From assembly GCA_964035545.1 (NCBI GenBank), contig OZ037772.1, positions 4,964,233 to 5,028,232 on the forward strand: DNA of 64,000 nucleotides, read 5' to 3'. The notes below the pieces were generated by a model, which saw nothing but the letters and a program-made list of their open reading frames with translations, made no database searches and was not told the origin of the DNA. The stretch's first letter is position 1; every line of letters begins with the position of its first letter. Position numbers and translations under genes: made by a program. Source of the DNA: Bugula neritina. Its lineage: Eukaryota > Animalia > Bryozoa. This document shows, piece after piece, positions 55,061 to 64,000 of this stretch.

Positions 55061-55699
55061 GCAAATGTAACTTGAGATATAGGAGTACGCTACTGTGTAT
55101 ACAGGTCTAGTTCAACTTCCCCTTCTGAGCCATCCCCCCTCATATATATGAGTGCATGGAGTAGCTAGTCCTGAGTTCATTCAGGAAGCACATTACATGA
55201 TATATAAATTTAAGCATAAAACAATTCGTAAACGAGCACGAAGAACAGTAAAAACATGCATGAGCATCTGTCCAACATGTCCCCTGCCTACATACTTGTG
55301 ACCCTTAAACCCGTTGTAGATAAACTTATTTTAAACATAAATATAAGTTATAAGAAGAAAAAAATCACTTTTTAAATGTTTTTTTATATAAATATATTAC
55401 AAAACATGGAGCCTGCAAAAATTATGGAAACTTCACTGTGTAATCATTTATAAGAACTTAGAACACAGTAATTTGAAATAACTGATATTGTTGCCCCTGG
55501 CCCAAGCTGAAGTTTAAAATATGTGGATCCCACCATGAAAGGCTCTGTTTTGAAAGCCTTAGCTATGTAGCTATGAAAAGGTAGAAAACCCGTCTAATAT
55601 ATGAGCTGGATACTTGTGTGACACAGTAGATGTGCACAGCCATAATCTACTACAATTTTACTAAATGATGTTTCAATTAGTATATTATGTTTACTATAG

Positions 55700-55840
55700 C
55701 ATTTCTAATCTGAAAAATCTGGAGACTCTTGATATAACAGGGAATAACTTCAGTAAAGGATTACCTGATGTATGGACATCAATGACATCTCTAAGGACGT
55801 TGGATATGAAAAACTGTGAACTACCAACTCTACCTGAGAG
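55700..55840 (+). CDS. LRR cassette exon 10 (DITG / DMKN)
   Basis: 141 bp, tatag / gttggt. Confidence 0.9.
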
Positions 55841-56451
55841 GTTGGTAAAAGCAACTGAATATGAAATACAAATAAACTGTTTCTTTTTATTTAGGATTTT
55901 GCATGGATGTATTCTTCTAGACTTATATTTTTTTATTGCTAAATATCTTGTGAAAATCTCTCAAGTCTGTTGCAATTTTTTGCAATATTATTACATAAAT
56001 ATGCAAATAAATATATGCTAATAAAGCAATGGTATGTATATGAAATTATAACATGTGGTTAAATGGAATATATTATATGTAGCAAACGTTACAACATTTT
56101 AATTTCATATGCTTGAAATGAGTAAATTAGGTAAATTATAAGTTGACTTTATTAGCCTTTTTTTAAAAAATGAAAAGCATAGGTTTCAAAATGTAATATC
56201 CTGTAAACTAAAATCAGACCTTGATTCGGCAATATAATGTATATAATTGATATTTAAATAGGTTATACTGTCTTTTGCTATGCTATAAGCAGTAAAAAAC
56301 TTTAATGAACGTGTTATAAACAAGTAATCTGTATTTTGAAGTATAAAACAAAAACGAATTATTTCAGCAAATTACCTGTAGCTATATATGTTAGATGTTA
56401 GATGGTTGTACTATACTATTTCATATCTCAACTAGTATATGTTTACTATAG

Positions 56452-56592
56452 CATGTCTAATCTTAAGAATCTGGAGACTCTTGATACGTCAGAGAACAAC
56501 TTTATTAGAGGATTACCTGATGTATTCACATCAATTACATCTTTAAGAAATTTGAATATGCGATACTGTGCGCTACCAACTTTACCTGAGAG
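56452..56592 (+). CDS. LRR cassette exon 11 (DTSE / NMRY)
   Basis: 141 bp, tatag / gttagt. Confidence 0.9.
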
Positions 56593-57312
56593 GTTAGTAA
56601 CAGCAACAATTATATATATGAAAGAAAAATAAATCAACTGAATATGAAATACAAATGAACTGTTTCTCTAGGATTTTGCACGCTTGCATTTTCTAGACTC
56701 ATATTTTTTGTTGCTAAATATTTTCTGAAAATTTCTCAAAACTGTTAAACATCTTGCTATTATAGTTAGTATATTACATAAAATACGCAAATAAGTGTAC
56801 AATATTTAAGAGATGGCTGTGTACAATATTATAAAATGTGGTCAACTGGATTTATAGTATATATTAGAAACTTTACAATAGTATAACTTCGTATCCTTGA
56901 AATGGGTAAAAGTTAGCAAGTTGAGTTTATTGGTTTTCTTTCATAGAAAATAATAAACTCACAATTCAATATGTAATATCCTGCAGACTAAAATCAGACT
57001 TTGATCTGGCAATATGATGTATATGATTGATATTTAATTGCCAAATACTTTGTCAAAATTTCTCAAATCTATTAGGTACAAAATCTTGCTATAATTATTA
57101 CATAAGATAATAAGTTATCTAAAATACAAATAAACTGTTTCTCTAGGATTTTGAATGCCTGCATTTTTCTAGGCTATGATATTTTTTGTTGCTAAATATT
57201 TTGTGAAAATTTCTCAAAACTGTTAAAAAATATTGCTATAGTTACTATATTATATAAAATGCGCAAATAAGTGTACAATAATAAGTATGCTGTGTATATA
57301 ATATTAGAAAAT

Positions 57313-57562
57313 GTGACCCAGGCAGTCAGAAAAGCACTTTGTGACAAAATTCACATTTTCAGTTAATGCTTGATTCTTATTTGCCTCTTTATACTGATTG
57401 ATTTGCTGTTTAAATTTTTGAAATCGGACTACTATTATAATAGTGGTCCGATTTCAAAAATTTAAAGTGCAAATCAATCAGTATAAAGAGGCAAATACGA
57501 ATCAAGCATTAACTGAAAATGTGAATTTTGTCACAAAGTGCTTTTCTGACTGCCTGGGTCAC
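57313..57562. mobile_element. 250-bp near-perfect palindromic MITE (Sola1-like target)
   Basis: GTGACCCAGGCAGTCAG...CTGACTGCCTGGGTCAC, ~125-bp arms with no spacer; 4-bp TSD AAAT (AWWT); absent from the paralogous module at ~56835. Confidence 0.85.
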
Positions 57563-58455
57563 AAATGTAGTTAACTGAATTTATATAATATTTTAAAAAC
57601 TTTACAATATTTTAATTCCGTATCCTTAAAATGGGAAAAAGTTAGTAAGCTAAGTTTATGAGCTTTTTCTTGAAAAATATGCAGCCCAAGCTTTATTATG
57701 TATTATCCTGCAGACTAAAATGAGACTTTGATCTGTCATTATAAATTCTTCAACTCTATTATATTGCTGCAAAATTGTATGTAATATACAAGTAAAGATA
57801 TCATGCTATAGAACATAGCCTGCAGTAATTATGGAAGTTCCACTATATGTGATGATTCATATAAGAACTTAGAATGAAGTAATTTGAAAAACTGATTTTC
57901 TGGCCCTTAGTCCAAGCTGAAGTTTATGAAATGAGTAAATTAGGTAAATTACAAGTTGACTTTACTAGCCTTTTCTTGAAAAATAAAAAGTGGAAGTTTT
58001 AAAATGTCATATCCTGCTGACTAAAATCAGACTTTAATCTGGCAATATAATGTATAATTGATATTTAAATAACTCATACAGTCTTTTGTTATACTATAAG
58101 CAGTAACACACTTTAAAGTTTTAGAAACAATTATTCTGTATTTTGAAGTACGACATAAAAGTGAATTATTTTCAAAAATAGCAGTAACGATAGAAAATAT
58201 TATTATATATATACACTAATAAAATTTAAGTTTTATAATTTGTATTCAACTTAAGGTCTTGAAAAAAAGAACTCATGCAGTGTATTTCACACACATATGT
58301 GATATTTATATCTAATAATGTCTTTTATTCAAACTTCATTTTTTATTGGATGAAATTTACAAATCAATAAACAACTTTATGCTAGAACTCCGTTTCCTTT
58401 GCTTTAGATGGTTGTAATACTATATGTTGTCTCAACTGGTATATGTTTACTATAG

Positions 58456-58573
58456 CATGTCTAATCTGAAAAATCTGAAAACTCATTGAAGGATTACCTG
58501 ATGTAGTCACATCAATGACATCTCTAAGAGAAATGAATATTAGTTCCTGTAAACTACTAACTCTACCTGAGAG
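58456..58573 (+). pseudogene. LRR cassette exon 12, defective (118 bp)
   Basis: Net 23 nt missing over the first variable patch; reads MSNLKNLKTH*; donor gttatt lacks +5G. Confidence 0.88.
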
Positions 58574-59828
58574 GTTATTAAATATGTATTAACTAAAATG
58601 TTCATTAGTGTGAAGGATATAATTATGCATTAGATGTACCTATTTTTTATTAAAGTTATCTACATATTCTGAAGTTAGGCTTGGAAATTTCTAGAAGCAT
58701 TTTGACTCGCTTTCTACAGTTTCTAAGTGCAATATGTTGGGTTCACAGCAGAATCACAAGTATTAACTGTGTTAAACATTTTCCACTGAGAGTTGACCAC
58801 CAACTTTTCAGCTGACACTCTAACAATTACACTACAATAACTACTGGGTAATCTTAACATTTCATTCAACCAATTCTTCTGAACTCCACTGGCCCCCTTT
58901 CTACTCAATAACTATTAGGCTTTCCTGGCTTCTCAACTCGATTTGTATACAAACATACTACATGGCTGGCTATAGCAGTGTAAACAAACGCTGTACAGTT
59001 GTCCAATATAACATATCATATATAATATAACATGCTTATTTGAACATGTTTGATGTAAATTTTTAGCAAACTATTAGATGAACAATAATAAGTTTTTTTT
59101 ATTTTCTTTATTTAAGGAAAGTTGTCAAATTGTAATAACAATTCTTGATACAGTTATAAAATCTGTGACGGTCTCCTCCCACCAAAAAAATAACAAATAC
59201 AATCATTATAATAGCAAATGTAACTTGAGATAGGAGTACGCTAGTGTGTATACAGGTCTAGTTCAACTCACCCTTCTGAGCCATCCCCCTTATATATATG
59301 AGTAGAATAGCTAGTCCTGAGTTTATTCAGGAAGCACATTACACTGAATATGGATTATAACATAACATAATTTATAAACGGGCACGAAGAACAGTAAAAA
59401 CATACACAAGCGTCTGTCCAGCAGGTCCCCTGCCTACATACTTGTGTCCCTCAAACACGTTACAGATAAACTTATTTTTAAACATAAATATAAGTTATAA
59501 GAGGAGAAAAATCTTCTCTTAAATGATTTTTTTACATAAATATATTACAAAACATGGAGCCTGCAATATTTATGGAAACTATACACACTGTGTAATAATT
59601 CTTAAGAACTTAGAATAAAGTAATTTGAAATAACTGATAATGTGGCCCATAGCCAATAAGCTGAAGTTCAAAATATGTGGCCCCCGCTATGAAATGCTCT
59701 GTTTTGAAAGCTCTCAGTATTAAAAGGTTGAAAACCTTTGGTCTAATACATGCAGTAGATTTTACCAGCCATAAGCTACTACAATATTACTAAATGATGT
59801 TTCAATTAGTATATTATGTTTACTATAG

Positions 59829-59969
59829 CATGTCTAATCTGGAGAATCTGGAGACTCTTAATATAGCAAGAAATAACTTCAGTGAAGGATTGCCTGATGT
59901 ATTCACATCAATGACATCTCTAAGAAAGTTGCATATGCGGTACTGTAAACTACCAACTCTACCTGAGAG
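59829..59969 (+). CDS. LRR cassette exon 13 (NIAR / HMRY)
   Basis: 141 bp, tatag / gttagt. Confidence 0.9.
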
Positions 59970-60445
59970 GTTAGTAAAAAAAGAAACTTTGTATAAAAGG
60001 CTCATATATAATTTTCATCTATAGCATATGACTCTTATAAGATTCGACTGCATGTATTTTATAACTGCCACTTCTGTTGCTAGATGTTTTGCAATAAAAT
60101 CCTAAACCTATTGAATTGTTTTAAAATTAGATACAGTTTGCAAATAAGTTTATGCTAACAAAGATATACATACATATAAATATCATGAGATGTTATAGTC
60201 ATGGAAAGCATAAGACATGTTACAATATTTTAATTTCTCCCGTTTGAAGTGAGCAAAAGTTAGAGAGTTAAGTTCATTATAAAGTTTTTACTTGGGAAAT
60301 AAACAGTTCAAGCTTCATTGTGTAATATCTTGCAGACTAAAATCAATTGAGTTGAGTTAGCAACATATAATACTAAATAAGTTTTTTGTTATATATATAT
60401 TTTGTATTATATAAGTTGTATTATATAATCTATTGTCTGCTATAG

Positions 60446-60586
60446 CATGTCTAACCTGAAGAATCTGGAGACTCTTGATTTGTCACATAATAACTTCAGT
60501 GTAAGACTACCTGCTGTAGTCACATCAATGACATTACTAAGAGAGTTGAATATTAGTTTCTGTAAACTACCAACTCTACCTGAGAG
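60446..60586 (+). CDS. LRR cassette exon 14 (DLSH / NISF), missed by the ORF track
   Basis: 141 bp, tatag / gttagt; MSNLKNLETLDLSHNNFSVRLPAVVTSMTLLRELNISFCKLPTLPE. Confidence 0.9.
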
Positions 60587-62352
60587 GTTAGTAAAAATCT
60601 ATCAACTAAAATGTTCATTAGTGTGAAGGATCCAATTCTGCATTAAATGCACCTATTTTTTTATTAAAGTTATCTACATACTCTGAAGGTAAGCTTGGAA
60701 CGTTCTAGAAGCATTTTGACTAGCTTTGTAGAGTTTCTAAGTGCAATATGTTGGGTTCACAGCAGAATCACAAGTACCAACTGTGTTAAACATCTTCCAC
60801 TGAGAGTTAACCACCAACTTTTCAGCTGACACTCTAACAATTACACTACAATAACTACTGGGTAATCTTAACATCTCATTCAACCAGCTCTTTTAAACTT
60901 CACTGGCCCCCTTTCTACTCAATAACTATTAGGGTTCCCTGGCTTCTCATCTCGCTTTGCATACAAACATGCTGCATGGCTGGCTATAGCAGTGTGAACA
61001 AACGCTGTACAGTTGTCCAATATAACATCTCATATTTAATTTAACATGCTTACTTGAACATGTTTGATGTAAATTTTTAGTAAACTGTCACATGAACAAT
61101 AATAAATTTTCATTTTCTTTATTTAAGGGAAAATGTCAAATTGTTATAACAATTCTTGATACAGTTATAAAATCTGTGATCGTCCCCTCTCACCAGAATA
61201 ATAGCTAATACAATGATTATAATAGCAAATATAACTTGAGATAAGAGTACGCTACTGTGTATACAGGTCTAGTTCAACTCACCCTTCTGAGCCATCCCCC
61301 TTATATATTTGTGTGGAGTAGCTAGTCCTGAGTTCATCCAGGAAGCGCATTACATGATATATAGATTTAAGCATAAAATAATTCGTAAACGAGCACGAAG
61401 AACAGTAAAAACATGCATGAGGGTCTGTCCAACATGTCCCCTGCCTACATACTTGTGACCCTCCAACGCATTACAGATAAACTTATTTTTAAACATAAAT
61501 TTGAGTTATGAAGAGAGAAAAATCACCTTTTAGATGTTTTTTTATATAAATATAATATTACAAAACATGGAGCCTGCAATAATTATTGAAACTCCACTGT
61601 GTAATGATTCTTAAGAACTTAGAATAAAGTAATTTGAAATAACTGATAATGTGGTCCCTAGCCCAAGGTGAAGTTTAAAATATGTGGCCCTCACCATGGA
61701 ATGCTCTGTTTCAAAAGCCTTAGCTATGAAAAGGTAGGAAACCCTTGGTCTAATACATGAGCTGCCTACTTGTATGACACAGCAGATGTGCACAGCCATA
61801 ATCTACTACAATATTACTAAAGGAGTAAAAACTTATTTATGATTTGACTTTTTTAGCTGTTTCTTGAAAAATAAGAAGCTCAAGCTTCAATATGTCATAT
61901 ACTGCAGACTAAAATCAGACTCTGATCCGGCAATATATAAATTATAATATATGATTCATATTTAATTAAGTCATACAGTATTTTGTTATATTATAAGCTG
62001 TGATAAACTTTACAAATTTAGAAACAACTATAAATCTGCATTTTGAAGTATAAAACAAAAATGGATTATTTTCAAAAACTACCAAAAATGATAGAAAATA
62101 TTGTCGCATATACTAATAAAATATAAATTATATAACTGGTATTCAGCTTAAAGTCTTGAAAAGAAGAACTTATGCAGTATATTTCACACACATATGTGAG
62201 ATTTATATCTAATAATGTCTTTTATTCCAACTTCATTTTTCATTAAATAAAATTTATATATCAATAAAAAACTTTACGCTAGAATTACATTGCTGTAGCT
62301 TAAGATGGTTGTATTACTATATGATGTCTCAACTGGTATATGTTTACTATAG

Positions 62353-62493
62353 CATGTCTAATCTGAAGAATCTGGAGACTCTTGATATGTCACATAATAA
62401 CTTCAGTGAAGGATTACCTGATGTATTCACATCAATGACATCTCTAAGAGAGTTGAATATTAGTTCCTGTGAACTACCAAATCTACCTGGGAG
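62353..62493 (+). CDS. LRR cassette exon 15 (DMSH / NISS)
   Basis: 141 bp, tatag / gttagt. Confidence 0.9.
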
Positions 62494-63258
62494 GTTAGTA
62501 AGAATGTATTAAATAAAATGTTCATTAGTGTGAAGGATATAATTCTTCAATAGAAGTACTTTTTTTTTTATTAAAATTATCTACAGGTTTTAAAGTTCTA
62601 TAGTTTTACAAATTTTCTGCGTTTCAAAAGTGCAATATATTAGGTATTATAGAATCACAAGTACCAACTGTGTTACATACTTCCCATTGAAAGTCAACCA
62701 CCGGCTTGCCAGCTGACGCACTAACTATTACACTACAAGGGTAATCCTAAAACTCCATGCAACCAGTTATTCTAAACTCTGCTGGTTCCCTTACTACTCA
62801 TTCAGTTTAGGCTTCCCGGGCCTCTCAACTCTCTTGGCGTACTACCAAAATGCTATACTAAATGTGAAAGAGTTTGCTAACAATTACACATGGGTCGTTA
62901 GGTAATCTCAACACCACACCAAGCTGTTCACATGTGCATTCAGCTCCCTGCTACCATAAAGCTATTCACGTGCACTAACCGTCATGATGTAAGAACTTCA
63001 ATTACAGAAGGTTCTAATTTTACATGCCCCTCCTTTCAAATGGAAGGATATCACAATTACTAGACATCAAATTTTTATAAGCGCATTACAGAGATTACTT
63101 GATTAGCATGTGAATAAAATCTTAGTTGTATATATTATATGCTTCACTTGGTCTAATACATGAGCTGCCTACTTGTATGACACAGCAGATGTGCACACCC
63201 AAAATCTACTACAATATTACTAAATGATGTTTCAATTACTATATTATGTTTACTATAG

Positions 63259-63399
63259 CATGTCTAATCTGGAGAATCTGGAGACTCTTGATATGTCAGG
63301 GAATAAGTTCAGTGAAGGATTACCTAATGTATTCACATCAATGACATCTCTAAGAACGTTGAATATGCAGATCTGTGAACTACCAACTCTACCTGAGAG
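63259..63399 (+). CDS. LRR cassette exon 16 (DMSG / NMQI)
   Basis: 141 bp, tatag / gttagt; the downstream module runs off the window, so the array probably continues. Confidence 0.9.
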
Positions 63400-64000
63400 G
63401 TTAGTGAAAGCAACTCAATATGAAATACAAATAATATGTTTTTATCTGTAGTACACGATACCCATTTCTTTATACTTAAATTTTTTGCTGTCAGGTAATT
63501 TCTGAAAATTTTTCAAACCAGTGAAATTATTCTTGCCATATTGTATATAATATGCAAATAAATACAAGCCAATAAAAATATTCTATGTAGTATTATGACA
63601 TATGGTTCTAGAATATATGAAAGATGTTACAATATTTTAATCTCCTATATTCCTTAATGCTTCAATTAAGTAAAAGGTAATGAGTTAAGTTCAGTATATA
63701 ATTTTTTTTCAGAAGATATACAGCTTAAGCTCTATTTTATAATATACCTGCAGACTAAAACTAGCCATTGATCTGACAACATAACGTATAATTGATATCT
63801 AAATTATACAGTCTTTTATTAGATACAATAAAAATTGTTAATTTGACAATCTTCAAATTTTAAAATATAACAAAAACAATTTATTTTAGCAAATCTTATG
63901 TAATTATCGAAAAGAAATTATTATTTATATGTGAATAAAATTTTAGTTGTACATCTGATGCTTCACTCAGTTTTGAAAAAAAGCTCATGCTGCAGTACAT

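Noticed and set aside
21423-63399. CRISPR array or diversity-generating retroelement
   Set aside because: The repeats are spliced exons in eukaryotic DNA, variation is not adenine-specific, and nearby RTs are ordinary Gypsy, Penelope and LINE enzymes.
21424-63451. Treating each LRR ORF-track entry as a separate small gene
   Set aside because: Similarity in coding sense starts at AG and ends at GT at a fixed 141-bp spacing; the ORF extensions are intronic.

Overview
AT-rich, intron-rich animal (probably invertebrate) genomic DNA. The main feature is the 5' part of one + strand, apparently cytosolic, leucine-rich-repeat (LRR) gene. It has a predicted start exon (8156-8276, ATG 8255) and an N-cap exon (8414-8648). 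These are followed by at least 16 paralogous, symmetric phase-2/phase-2 cassette exons between 21423 and 63399. Fifteen are exactly 141 bp and each encodes two LRRs (47 codons); one is a 118-bp frameshifted copy. Amino-acid variation concentrates at the exposed xLxxN/C positions of the LRR concave face. The introns are built from a few reshuffled modules, exons look like mosaics of one another, and several units have lost their exon. This looks like a rapidly diversifying, possibly alternatively spliced, variable LRR receptor locus; its 3' domains lie beyond the window. The introns and upstream region hold many transposons: two decayed Ty3/Gypsy elements with tRNA-Leu PBS, three copies of a CAC-TIR non-autonomous element, a long-TIR element, two Penelope-like elements (one with a hammerhead ribozyme), Sola2-, Academ- and hAT-like remnants, LINE fragments, a solo LTR, MITEs and microsatellites. 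All calls were made by eye without database searches.
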